Of a stretch of 64,000 nucleotides of DNA, positions 1-13,041 are shown piece by piece. The stretch covers positions 1,076,297-1,140,296 of the forward strand of contig CM074819.1 in the NCBI GenBank assembly GCA_037447605.1, given 5' to 3'. Positions within the stretch are counted from its first letter, which is position 1. Every line of letters starts with the position of its first letter. Source of the stretch: Zygnema circumcarinatum SAG 698-1b. Its lineage: Eukaryota; Plantae; Zygnematophyceae. The notes beneath the pieces were generated by a model. It worked only from the letters and a program-made list of their open reading frames with translations, did not search any database and had not been told where the DNA came from. A program made the position numbers and the translations under genes.

Positions 1-859
1 ACGAATTCGTACAACTAAATGTCGGTGACTCGTGGAATTCAAATCGGACCGTCTCTGGGTGTACGGCTTCTTTGCGGCCAAGATCTGTCGGAGCACGTGC
101 AGCGACCTGGGCGACATTGGGCCGTCCGATCTGACAATGCGTCAACGGAAGCCGTCAGATCCGACCCAGAAGTCGCGGGCCGGAAGATGGCGCATCATTT
201 TGGGGGCGCTGTCGCAAGCTGGCGGGCAGAAGCCACTCGCCCAAGTGTTTTGTCGCGCAATGGCACTACACGACAAAACTGCCGGTATACGGAACCGACG
301 GGGGGTTGGCTAAAGTTTGGTAATTAAATTCGTGAGTACGGTAGGGGATGATAAGGACAAGGATGACCGTACAATATTCGAACTTTAGGGGTTTTTTTCC
401 GAATTACAAATTTTAGGGTAAGGGATCGTCCAATGGGGCTTTACCACGTGGACATTGTTAAGTATTTGGCGAGTCGTCATTGGTGGACGTCTCGACCATA
501 GTTCGCAAATGGAGACCCGGAATTAGGGCATTTCAGAGTCTTAAGAGATAGTAATAATAATAAAGAATGGAAGAATATTCTTCAGTATTACTGAAGATAG
601 TTGAAACTGACAACCGTACTGACAATGATTGCGTTGCCTGCCGTACGGTAACCAAACTCCCGATTTTGTCGACGTCAAGCTTGACGGAAAACGAGGCAGC
701 GAAACGTTTGTAAGGAAGGTGAAAGTGACGGAAAATCGCGTCATCGTCCCGTCATCTCGCCTCGCGGCCGCTGCCAGAATCTCGAGGCGCGGCATTGCGC
801 GGCATTGCGCGGGGAGGCGGAGGGGCCAACTCGTGCTCTAACTTCGGTCACTCGTCCGC

Positions 860-977
860 GGGGCCTTGGTGAGCGCCTCTTCGTGGTTCCCCGGGTTGGC
901 TTTGGGCATGTGCAGGAGGTGATGGATGGCATCGGCATGTGCAGGAGGTGATGGATGGCATCGGCATGCGCGAGACC

Positions 978-1029
<52 letters not shown>

Positions 1030-1110
1030 TCCATGCCTATGCCCATGTCCATGTCCATGCCCATGCCCATGTCCATGCCCATGCCCATGCCCATGCCCAC
1101 CCTCCATCCC
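860..1110. repeat. Dispersed repeat copy (family shared with ~28996-29235 and ~61820-61930) containing an expanded (ATGCCC)n microsatellite at ~978-1098
   Basis: Reverse complement reads GGGGAACCACGAAGAGGCGCTCACCAAGGCCC, matching GGGAACCACGAGGAACTGCTCACAAAGGACC (~29184) and GGGGAACCACGAAGAACTGGTCGCAAAGGACC (~61877). A 30-bp direct duplication lies at ~905-969. Confidence 0.7.
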
Positions 1111-2429
1111 CATCTCGCTGCTTGGCATCGTCGTCGAGACGACAAAACAATTTCCGCTATCTCGCTTTCTGAAGTCGGGGCGACTGCGGAAGGTGGCTTA
1201 AAAAGTACGGACTCCGAAAACCCGTTCTCAGTTGGAATTTTGGTACAATAATACGGAAAGTTCATTTTGGGGCGACTGGCGGACATTTTTCGGCCGACAA
1301 ATCGAAAATTTTATACGCTGGCTGCAGCGCTGGACCAAAATCTGATCGAATCAAATATATTGTCGTATCGATCGCTCCAAGAAGTTGCACGTCACAGCTG
1401 TCGGCAAGTGGCCTTTTGTACATAGCCTGACGTCATGCCAGGCAAAAAAATTACAGCAGTCTTCTGCTAGGATTGGGTGAACGCAGTCGCGGCGCGATGA
1501 AAGTCGTTCGATTTATGTGATCGATGGCTGAGATTCGCACAAAAGATCCCCCAAAGACAGTGAATCTGCAAGCCGTGACGGCAGACCTGCCAACCGAGAA
1601 AGTCAAATATTCGGATATGGCCGTACGATTAGAGAATCTGAGTGTACGGGAATGGGGATGTACGGTATACGTACGGTTACCTGTACGAGCCGATGTCCCG
1701 TCACTTGGAACGGTAAACGTAACGGAGGTACATGGAACGGGTTGGTCACAAGGGATCCTACGCTCGCACGAACGTAGGGACAGGTGTCGGCGACCGACCG
1801 ACAGGCATCGTTAAATGAGTTTTACGGGACATCCTGTTTGTACTAATTTCGGGACCATTTTGAGTTTCATTTTCGGGATTTTTGGGACTTTTTCATTTCG
1901 TACTTTTCTGTACTTTCAGTACTTTGATTGTACCTTTTAGGTACTTTGTTTGTACTTTTGGACGACGTTTTTGTCCTGTAGTAGCATTCGAAGTCGAGAG
2001 TTTGCCGCATGGAGCATAAGAGTTCGACCTCCTCGTTCACCCCAGGTTTGTCATTCATAACAAAATGACTAAATTCGATACTTTTGTAGAGTTGAATCGA
2101 TTCTAATGGAAAGTTAAACACAAAGTGCAGTCAAGGCTCACTGGTCCAAGAACTATAGAATTGAAAATGCATCTCTCTTTTCCCCCAAGGCCTCCCCCAA
2201 ACCCCTATCCGCTGCCCTCCCTCCCTACATTTCCGCCAAAAAGACCAAGTAAGTGTTTTCAATATTGAGAACCCTAAAAACATGAATTTCCATGAAGGGA
2301 ATTCCAATCGAAGGATATCATACAGCGAGTTTGAAATGCATTACGCTTTCCTGAAGATCAGATGCTTTTCGGTAAAAAGTTCAAATTCGGATTTAAAATG
2401 CGTAAAAGTTGCGTTTAAAAGTCCCTAAT

Positions 2430-2565
2430 TAGGGGTTGTCAGACTTCACGAAATCTTACGAACAAGAAAGTTTCGGAAGTACTCCACCGCAGCAAAGCGG
2501 TTATTTCGCTGGAGTACTCGTTCTGGTCTCAAACTTATAAACAACTTTTAAGTCTGACACCCCTT
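2430..2565. mobile_element. Short MITE-like element with TAGGG..GTCAGACT-type terminal inverted repeats
   Basis: TAGGGGTTGTCAGACTT at 2430 and AAGTCTGACACCCCT at ~2550-2564. The left end resembles 39418 onward. No clear TSD. Confidence 0.5.
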
Positions 2566-3510
2566 GTTGTCATCGAAAATTGACTATGGTCGGCTTTCCA
2601 ACTGTCCATGTTTGCCATACAAGCTACAATTAGATACCATGTTTTTTGGTCATGGTTTCCCCAATCATTTGCGAACAAGCATGAGAATGAACCCATATTG
2701 GATCGGATTGGGGTCGAAACGAGAGCATGGGACTTCCCAATGCCAAACCCTCCCTTCAAACTCTACGCTCGCGAGGGAAACCATACGACTTCCTATTTAT
2801 CACGTCACTGGGCACGAAAGCAACTTCTATTGTTCTATGTGCAGATTTGAACTACTGGAACAAAGGTAAAAAATGATTTTCGTAATTCATCTCCTGGCTT
2901 CGTGTTCAGACTCGACTTCATCGTAGCATTTGGAGTTGGTCCAAGAACTGGGACTGACGAACTTACAGGGAAACGGGCATGAGGGGGCAAATATAACATG
3001 GGCACTCAGACTCTTTCACAACATTTTGCCTTCTGTGTGTTTGCCGTACTTCAAACGCGAAACAAGAAACACACAGAAGAAAATGAAAACCCTAAGTTTT
3101 CAAAGTAGGGAATACGACACCTCCAATTGCCGTTTGCATGGACCATTTTCATCCGTGAATGCCATCCATGCACATACGCAGGCCGGGCTCACACACTTTC
3201 CTCCTATACTCTCAGTCACACATCCCCGATACTCCCAACCCCTCAGACATTCACATGGCTTCCAAGAAAAGGACTACTATTTTCCGACTCAATGCACGTA
3301 ACATTTACTCAAAGCCTGCCGAAGACGAAGTCGCCGTTCTAATCCAGCCTTCCCGGAACCCTAAATCAGACATTTCCTCCACATGGAAAGGAAAAAACTA
3401 CATACATGAATGAAGGAGAGGCCCTCCGGGAGGACTCCAAAAAAGGCCTCGCACGAACCCACCTAACAAATAAATGCAGCTTGAGCTAAGGGGCTTCCCT
3501 CCTGCCATCA

Positions 3511-6500
3511 TTAGGCATCGCCTTGCTCGGACTTGGACTCAGTTTCGGTGGGCTCCTCTGAAGCTTCAGAAGCATTTGCGGCTTCAGGCTGGGAGGAGGG
3601 TCCGGGCCCCGCGGAGACCTTGACCATGGCAGGGCGAAGCAGCTTCTCGCCTATGACGAAGCCCTTGCGGAACTCCACCACAATGCCGCCCTCAGGAACA
3701 GCCGTGGACTCCTCTCTCATGATGGCCTCGTGCACCTGCCAACCATTCCATGCCGGGAGGGTCTTTACTTCATTGCTATCTGTTTGGTAGGAAACAGGGA
3801 GAGCTAGAGGGGAAGGGGGGGAGGGGGAGAGAGGGGGGAAGCGGGGAAGGGGAGAGGGGGGGAAAGCGGAGAGGGTGGGGAGGAGGGGAGGGGTGGAGGG
3901 GGGAAAGTGGGGAGGGGCAAAAGGGGGTACGGGAGGGTGGGTGGAGGGGGAGGGGGAAAGGGGGGAAAGGGGGAAGGGGGAGGAGGGAGGGGAGGGTAGG
4001 GGGGAGGTCGGAGGAGGGAGGGGGGAAGGGGGGAGGGGGGCAGGGGGAGGGGGAATTGGAGGGGGAACGGGGGAACGGGGGAGGGAGGGAGGGAGGGAGT
4101 GAGGGAGGGAGTGAGGGAGTGAGGGAGGGAATTGTCAGTCGGTTCAAAAGCATTCCAAGAAATTCAGTCACAGTTGAAAGCCGAGTGCCCCATTCATTGT
4201 CTGCAGAGTGAGCCAATGCAAGAGCTGCATCCTGGGCCAATCGAAAGTAGCTTGCAACACACACATTATTCCCGAAAACCCTAAAACTCCGAATGTCCAG
4301 AGACTAAATCCACAATCAATGTCGTCAACATGATGAAGCGAAGCTGAGCAACATTTTTCAGCAAACGAACAGATGGATCAGTTCTCATCAGCTCGCATGC
4401 AGCTGAACGACTGAGCATATGGCAGGTTCAACCGACAGCAGAATGTTTAGTATGAAAAAAAATACGTTCATGAACGTTTTCTAGGTTTTCAAGGTAACGT
4501 TCAGCTTCTTTAAAAGTTACACCTTTACAACTTCTTATCTGCATCACGCAAAGTACAGAAGAGATGGTGGGAATGAAACATCCCTGATGCTCGAAGGAAA
4601 ACCCAAAAGCAAAACCTGAGCCAGAACTAGTTACAAGCGGCGAGGGCTCTGCCTGGAGTATACATCAGAGTGTGTGGATAGTCCGCATTTGCAAGCAACG
4701 CCAAGCATTGGACTACTTTTAACTGCAAAAAATATTCCATCATTTGAAACTCCTGGCATGGCCTATCAACGCTATAGCAGACCAGGTTAATCGGCTTAAC
4801 CTAAGCAGTCTGATATGATACAAGCCATAAGCAGGGTTATTGCAATGACCTTGCCCACTATCCCAAAGCTCACACGGGAATAGACCCTCTCCAACACAAT
4901 CGACTGGCAATGAATAACAAAAGGGTTTAATTGAGCTCGTAGGACATGACATAATGTGCCAGCGCTCAAATCTCATGCCATATTTATACCAACCTGTACA
5001 GTAGAATGCAAACCCCCTGACAGTCCAAAACGAAACGCTTTACTGCTCTACAGAAGGCAGACGCCTTCATGGTAAGTCCAAGATTGTGGACAAAAAGGCC
5101 CGTGCCCGTGCCCGTGCCCGTGCCCGTGCCCGTGCCCGTGCCCGTGCCCGTGCCCGTGCCCGTGCTTGAGAAGCCCAAAGGCCACAAACTGGACTTACAA
5201 GTCTACTGAGAACGTGCAAAACTTCATTCAAGGTTCATGCACAGGCCTATTCGCCTACATCAATTCACCAAGAATAAGTAAAACTCACATTTGGATCAAA
5301 CTCCTTGCCAGCCGTCTCCACGGCCGTCACCCCCATTCCCTTTAACGCATCGACAAACTGCTTGTATATGCTTTGATAACTATTGTCAATCTTCTGCTCT
5401 CCTTCTGTCTCAACCTTGATTGAGGCTTTCGCCCTCTCAAAATTATCAATCATTGGCAACAAGCCACTCACAACCTCTGCTCTCATGGTCACACCCATCG
5501 CAACCTTTTCTTTTTCCGCCCTTTTCCGAAAGTTATCAAAGTCGGCATTCAGCCGCAAAAACCTGTCCTTTCCGAGGGCCACTTCCTCAGTAAGACTGGC
5601 AACTTGCTGAGCCAAGTAACTCCTATCATTCTCCATCGCTTCAAGCTGTGCCTGAACCTCCGCAATGCCTGTTTCATCCTCACTTACTATTGCTTCTCTA
5701 AACCTTTCAAAAAACTCCTTAGCACCAGAAACTGGAGCTTCTGCAGTAGCATCCTCCAGCTCTCGGCTATCCTCCACTGCTGCCTGAAACATACAAGGGC
5801 AGAAATAGCGAGCGTGAGCGTTTAAATGCATCAGCCCTGATCTTGGTACTGCAGCTCAATTATTGTGAAAGAATATTTATGATCCAAAAGTTCAGTCTGT
5901 TGAAAACCAATATTGTGTCAATAAGACAATACAATAAGACGAGAAATAGAAAAGATGGACAGGAGCCAGCCACTCTAGATGCTGGGACGAAACTTGCAAG
6001 CTTTGGAATACTACCTGACAAATTAGACTAAAGATGGAGCACACCCTAAAGGTTGCAGAACATATGAACGACATAATGATTAAACCAAACTTCTTGCAAC
6101 ACAGACTCTGAAAGTAAGCTCAAATTGTTCCCTAGTAACCACCTGCAGAACTGCGCTACAGTAATGTCAGGGCGAAACCAAAAGAAACTGAACGCGCGAC
6201 AGCTGGATAAAGAAGTTCCTTTAAGAACGTAAAAGGAAAAGCAAAGATGCAACGGCCTAGTGGTTGCTAAATCATCAGCTATAAACGAAAAACTTCACAA
6301 TCATTTGGAACTGCCATGTGGCAGGGAGCAGCCATCATGCACAGAGATACCAACACAACCATATGACCCTATCTCGACAACTGTCATAACTTGAGACAAC
6401 ATGATGCTATGCTGCCATGCACTCTACAAGCACTCAGGCTCTGAATTATTCAAAGAAAATCCGATGTAAACCACAATTCCTTGAAACTCCCAACCCCTGC

Positions 6501-6827
6501 AAAGCTCAGGATCTGCATAAGCCCTCACAGCGAGGCCTTCACCTCGGCTGTGGACTGGGCAGCCTCCTCCGAAACAGCTTGAGATCGCAGCAGCTTCCTG
6601 CCGCGCCTGCCATTCCGCAGCTTTGATGCAGCTTGCCTGCCGCCATTTCCCCAAAGTGAACCTCGCCCTGACTCGTTCGAAAGCTTCAGGCCATCTCGGA
6701 GGAAGGAGGAGGTCCCTGCAACGGTCTGCTGCACCGCTCCGCCATAGTTTTGAGCACCTGCCGCGACACTAACATGGCTTACAGAAGACGCTGCACAAGT
6801 CAGGCTCCCTGAAAGGAGCGCAGCCAT
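3511..6827 (-). CDS. grpE: GrpE nucleotide exchange factor, plastid type; exons 6827-6543, 5783-5289, 3735-3511
   Basis: Motifs DRFLRLNADFDNFRKR, LLPMIDNFERA, GKEFDPN|VHEAIMREES, KLLRPAMVKVS. Ser/Ala-rich transit-peptide-like N-terminus. Both introns are GT-AG, phase 0. Confidence 0.95.
5098..5165. repeat. (GTGCCC)n hexanucleotide microsatellite in GrpE intron
   Basis: About 11 tandem copies seen directly. Confidence 0.95.
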
Positions 6828-7228
6828 GGCTGCCTGCTTGTCCCTGCTGCCGAAAACTCCTGAATTCGTATGTATGATATTGCAAGCAAGAACTGTATGC
6901 AGGCGCTGTATTCTGCAGAAACTATGGCTTTTGTCTGATATAGTATGTGGCTGTAAGTAGGGCCCCTCCCTCTTCCTTTCAGGGCTCAAGAGAGGAAGCT
7001 TCTAGTTCTGTACTGTGCCTTCCAAGCACTTTGCCCGTTCCGCGGAACGGGGGCTTTTTGCCAAAGGGCAGGCGGGCCGTCCTGCGGAACGGTGAGGTTT
7101 TCGCTTTGACATGGGAACAAGGCCCGGCAGAACGGCGGCCGTTTCGGGCGGCTATGCCGTTAGCTGAGGCGTTCAGGTTGGTGTTTCGCGGAACGGCGGC
7201 CGTTTGTCGAAACGAAGGGTCTTATGTG

Positions 7229-10200
7229 TTATCCACAGGGCAGATGAGGTAGGCGCGCGGCCCACCATTTTGGTTGGCTACCTAGCCAACCATTGCCAAT
7301 GACTGCAACCATTGGACCATTGGTTCCCGCCCCACCGAACCATTGCCAATGGTTGCAACCATTGGCTGGCTGCCTAGCAAACCATTGCCAGTGACTGCAA
7401 CCATTGGACCATTGATTTCCGCTCCGCCCAACCATTGCCAATGGTTGCAACCATTGGCTGGCTACCAAGCCAACCATTGCCAATGACTGCAACCACTGGA
7501 CAATTGATTCCCGCCCCACCCAATCATTGTTAATGGTTGCAACCAATGGCTGGCTTCCCAACCAACCATTGCCAATGGTTGCAACCATTGGACCATTATT
7601 CTCGCCCCACCCAATCATTGCCAATGGTTGCGACCATTGGCCGACCACCCAGCCAACCATTGCCAATAAATGCAACCATTCGACCCTTGATTCCCGCCCC
7701 ACCCAACCATTGGATCCAATGGTTGCAACCATTGGACCATTGATTACCGCCTCACCCAACCATTGTCAATGGTTGCAACCATTGTCAATGGTTGCAACCA
7801 TTGGCTTGCTTCCCAGCCAACCATTGCCAATGACTGCAACCATTCGACCATTGATTCCCGCCCCACCGAACCATTGCCAATGGTTGCAACCATCGGCTGG
7901 CTACCTAGCCAACCATTGCCATTAACTGCAAGCATTGGACCATTTATTTCCGCCCCACCCAACCATTGCGAATGATTGCAACCATTGGACCATTGATTCC
8001 CGCCCCACCCAACCATTGCCAACGACTGCAACATCGGCAGGCTAATGCTGAAAGCCACAACATTTTTTTTTTTTGTTCACTTCAAAATTCCTCCGACGCA
8101 CACACGCGGCAAAGAATAAGCCTCCCTATGCTGCTGAGCAGAAAAAACTAACTACAGGGCCTTACAAAGAAGGAAAAAAATTCTATTTACACTGGCGCTT
8201 GCTGCCAATGCGAACCTCCGAACTACCCACCTTCTCGTCCCCCTCTAAATTCTTAAAAAACGAAAAGAAAAAAACGAAGAAAAAAATGCCCAAACCACAG
8301 TGAGCTCCGTTTCCCTTGAGCCCTTATTCCTGCCTATGCTAGAGAGCCTTGGGTAGCAAGTCTGCCTTCGGGAACTTTGAAGAAGAAAGTCCTCTTCGAT
8401 GGCCTGCTCGGGAGGGAACCGGTCCTGAACCCCAAACCAATCCAAACCCAAACCCTAATTTCTCAACTAATGCAAAATCCTGGAATGAACAAAAAAGAAA
8501 CAAGAGTAAACTCAGATTTTAATAGTTTAGGAGAGGGAGGGGTATCCACAGATGAAGGAATGAAGGGGAGGAGTTGAAAAAACCTTAATATGTTCTAATG
8601 AGCATCGGTTTAAAAAGGAGAGAGAGTGTACTCCAAAACTAAGGTAGAACACGTACTCTTTTTGTTTTAGGTTTAATGAATCACAAGGAAGAAGATTAAG
8701 TTAAATTTAGTTTTATCTTAAAGTTGATTCCCCCCCTCCCACCCAGGGATGCTGGAACCAACATTGGCAAGCAGGCGGGACTTGCTATCAGAGGAGCGAC
8801 GTGACAGGAGCTTCAACATCTCATCCAGGAGAATAACCTGCCGCCCCACAGAGACAAAAGAGAGGAAATAAAAATACAATTTAAAGGGAAGGTGGGGAGG
8901 GGGAGGGGGAGACCCACCCAATCATTGCCATTGGTTGCAACCATTGGCTAGCTAACCAGCCAACCATTGCCAATGACTGCAACCACTGGACCATTGGTTC
9001 CCGCCCCACCCAATCATTGTCAATGGTTGCAACCATTGGCTGGCTTCCCAGCAAACCATTGCCAATAACTGCAACCATTGGACCATTGATTCCCGCCCCA
9101 CCCAATCATTGCCAATGGTTGGAACCATTGGCTGGCTACCCAGACAACCATTGCCAATAACTGCAACCATTGGACCATTGATTCCCGCCCCACCGAACCA
9201 TTGCCATTGGTTGCAACCATTGGCTCGCTGTCCAGCCAGCCATTGCCAATAACTGCAACATTGGACCATTGATTCCCGCCCCACCCAATCATTGCCAATG
9301 GTTGCAACCATTGGCTGACCACCCAGCTAACCATTGCCAATAACTGCAATCATTGGACCATTGATTCCCGCCCTCCCCAATCATTGGATCCAATGGTTGC
9401 AACCATTGGCTGGCTATACAGCCAACCATTGCCAATGGCTGCAACCATTGGACTATTGCTTCCCGCCCCGCCCAACCATTGGATCCAATGGTAGGCTGGA
9501 TCGGGAACCAACGGTTTGCAAATCGCGACCAATCCAATGGTTGATCCAACGCATGGTCCGTCCAGCCCTTGGCCCGGAATGTTTTCGGCTATCCTTCGCG
9601 GACGTCCGCGATTGGGTGAGCGTCGGCCGGGCAGCTGATGTGTGGACACGGGCAGATCGGAAATGGTTCTGGCTGCCCTGACCGTGAAGCAAAGGTCCGC
9701 GATTAGGCGTGCGTTGTCCGGGCAGCTGAAGGTTTCGTCCTGGGCAGTTCTAAACTGTTTTCGGCTGCCTCGTCCTCGAAGCAAACGTCCGCGATTGGGC
9801 GAGCGTCGGCCGGGCAGCTCAAGTTTGGATCCGGACAGCATACAAATGGTTTGTTCTGCCCTGGCAGCGAATCAATCGTCCGCGATTGGGCGCGCGGCGG
9901 CCGGGCAGCTGAGATTCTTTCTGGTCCTCCGTCGCCGCGATTCCGATCAGGTGCAGCCCGCCCTACTGCGCGTCCCGTCACGTCGCGCGCACCGTACGGC
10001 AGCATTCCCCAACGGCGGTGGCGCCACCTGTCCGTCCTTACAGTCTTATCCACAGGGCTGATGAGGTAGGCGCGCGGCCGCCCATTTTTGTTGGCTACCC
10101 AGCCGACCATTGCCAATGACTGCAACCATTGGACCATTGATTTCCGCTCCGCCCAACCATTGCCCATGGTTGCAACCTTTGGCTGACCACCCAGCCAACT

Positions 10201-11731
10201 ATTGCCAATAACTGCAACCATTCGACCATTGATTCCCGCCCCACCGAACCATTGGCTCCAATGGTTTCAACCATTGGCTGGCTACCCAGCCAACCATTTC
10301 CAATGACTGCAACCACTGGACCATTGATTCCCGCCCCACCCAATCATTGACGTTGGTTGCAACCATTGGCTGGCTATCCAGGCAGCCATTGCCAAGGGCT
10401 GCAACCATTGGACTATTGCTTCCCGCCCCGCCCAACCATTAGATCCTATGGTTGGCTGGATCGTGAACCAACGGTTTGCAAATCGCGACCAATCCAATGG
10501 TTGATCTAACCCGTGGTCCGTCCAGCCCTTGGCCCGGAATGTTTTCGGCTATCCTTCGCGGACGTCCGCGATTGGGTGAGCGTCGGCCGGGCAGCTGATG
10601 TCTGGAAACGGGCAGATCGGAAATGGTTTTGGCTGCCCCAACCGTGAAGCAATGGTCCGCGATTGGGCGTGCGTCGTCCGGGCAGCTGAAGGTTTCGTAT
10701 GGGGCAGCCCTAAACTGTTTTCGGCTGCCTCGCCCTCGAAGCAAACGTCCGCGATTGGGCGAGCGTCGGCCGGGCAGCTCAAGTTTGGCTCCGGGCAGCA
10801 TTGAAATAGTTTATTCTGCCCTGGCAGCGAATCAGTTGTACGCGATTGGGCGAGCGGCGGCCGGGCAGCTGAAAGTCTTTCTGGTCATCCGTCGCCGCGA
10901 TTCCGATCAGGTGGCAGCCCCCCTACGGCGCGTCACGTCATGTCGCGCCCACCGTACGGCAGCATTCCACCACGGTGGTGGCGCCACCTGTCCGTCCTTA
11001 CAAGCTTATCCACAGGGCAGATGAGGTAGGCGCATGGCCCACCATTTTGGTTGGCCAGCCAGCCAACCATTGCCAATGACTGCAACCATGGGATCATTGA
11101 TTCCCGGCCCACCGAACCATTGCCAATGGTTGCATCCATTGGCTGGCTACCTACCCAACCATTGCCAATGACTGCAACCACTGGACCATTGATTCCCGCC
11201 CCACCCAATCATTGTCAATGGTTGCAACCAATGGCTGGCTTCCCAGCCAACCATTGCCAATGGTCGCAACCATTGGACCATTGATTCCCGCCTCACCCAA
11301 CCATTGGATCCAATGGTTGCAACCATTGGCTGGCTATACAGCCAACCATTGCCAATGGCTGCAACCATTGGACTAGTGCTTCCCGCCCCGCCCAACCATT
11401 GGATCCAATGGTTGACTGGATCGGGAACCAACGGTTTTCAAATCGCGACCAATCCAAAGGTTGATCCAACCCATGGTCTGTCCAGCCCTTGGCCCGGAAT
11501 GTTTTCGGCTATCCTTTGCGGACGTCCGCGATTGGGTGAGCGTCGGCCGGGCAGCTGATGTCTGGACACGGGCAGATCAGAAATGGTTTTTGCTGCCTTA
11601 ACCGTGAAGCAAAGGTCCGCGATTGGTTGTGCGTCGTCCGGGCAGCTGAAGGTTTCGTCCGGGGCAGCCCTAAACTGTTTTCGGCTGCCTCGTCCTCGAA
11701 GCAAGCGTCCGCGATTGGGCGAGCGTCGGCC
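7229..11731. repeat. Complex satellite: 960-bp higher-order unit made of a palindromic minisatellite (CCAATGGTTGCAACCATTGG core) plus a ~560-bp GC-rich spacer with ~92-bp subrepeats; interrupted by unrelated DNA at ~8035-8912
   Basis: Unit start TTATCCACAGGGC at 7229, 10046 and 11006. Spacer starts at 9481, 10441 and 11401 (period 960). The third copy is truncated at ~11731. Confidence 0.93.
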
Positions 11732-13041
11732 GTCCGGTAGTCAATCGGACAGCCGAGATACGTTGCACTTGTAATCGCCGGCTACGATACGCCACGCGTG
11801 CTTTCGACGGCGGGCGGTGTCGCAACGAGTGCGGCGATAGCTTCACGCTGTGCCCACATTGCCACGTGGCGGGCGGAGACAGGCCACGGGGTCCTGGCAC
11901 TTTCTGCCAATCGCGACTCGCGCACGCCCCTTCAGTCCTTGGGAATACAGGCCTTGTCTCTCTCGTGCTCTCTCTCTCTCTCTTTGTTGTCTCCTGCTCA
12001 TTTATGGCCGCGCAGTGTTGCAAAGGCGGGTTGAAGCCTGCTGCAGCCGCCCCTCCGCAGCTTGAAGACCTTTTCTTCAGTTCATAATTCACAAGTGAAG
12101 GTGGGGTGTGCGGTTAACGCCCGATAACAGTCTACATTCAGGAACAACAGTGGTTACAATGCTCACGTCGATGCCTAAAAATTGCAAATTTTTTCCAGTC
12201 GTACATAATGAGTTGTTGGGCTTCGCATTCACCAGTTTCAATGATTTTGTAAAATGTCCCTTCCTGCCTTACCTTGCCATTCGAGCATAGTGCCATCTGT
12301 TCATACATTAAACGCATTGCACAAAGTGGAGGCTGCTAATAGCGCTGCAACTGAAACATAGACCATGCACAGTTTGTTCCCAGAGCTCAAGGGGCTCCTG
12401 GTGTAATCCGATAACCAATGTCACAGCACACATATTTGATTGGATACAAGAACTCAGACTCGTATACCCATCTTTAATCACACATGCGACCATTCACTAT
12501 GGCATAAAACGGCCGTGTCGACATATCTTGATCCTTTCCCCATGCCCATGCCCATGCCCATGGCCATGGCCATGGGATGCATGTTCGAGGGGCCCACCGC
12601 ATGCCGAGGCAATAATCATACCTTGAAGCACACCATGTTCAGTCTACAGCCGGTTCTCTGCCACTGCGCTCACCCCTGAACCCTAAAAAACAATGGTCGA
12701 TTGCCCCCAATTATTCAACTGACCGAGAGGATCATGAAAAGCTCTACCGCCCTGTGGGCCCCTCCCTCCTATGCTCAGCACTGAACCCTCAACCACAGCC
12801 TAGGGTTGCCCCCAAAGCAAAGGACAAAAGGGAGAGTTCTCTGACGCCCCTTTCTGTGCTAACAAATTGAGCTCTTCTATCGGAGGTCCAATGTGGGTTG
12901 CACATGTGATTTTCAAAGCGCATTTTCATATAAAAAAAATAAAAAAAAAGGCAAAACAAAACAAGGCGGAAAGTGTAATGAAAGAGGCGTATTTCCCATT
13001 TTTGGTATTGTGATACAGCTGGCGAGCATGGATTGGTATAG

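Noticed and set aside
741-1286. Poly-MG/HG/PC ORFs resembling metal-binding proteins
   Set aside because: Translations of the (ATGCCC)n microsatellite in all frames.
3750-4264. Pro-rich/Gly-rich extensin-like ORFs (also 42581-43559, 44713-45139, 39829-40836)
   Set aside because: Intronic purine/pyrimidine tracts inside GrpE and NDUFAF7.
7229-11014. DnaA-box consensus TTATCCACA at 7229, 10046 and 11006
   Set aside because: A single occurrence copied with the 960-bp unit; nothing else resembles a bacterial or plasmid origin.
7229-11731. CRISPR-like array of palindromic repeats
   Set aside because: Intervening sequences are two recurring linker types rather than unique spacers, there are no cas genes, and the context is eukaryotic.
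7229-11774. Many MVATIG / WLQPL repeat ORFs
   Set aside because: Open in several frames on both strands because of the minisatellite; no splice structure or domain.
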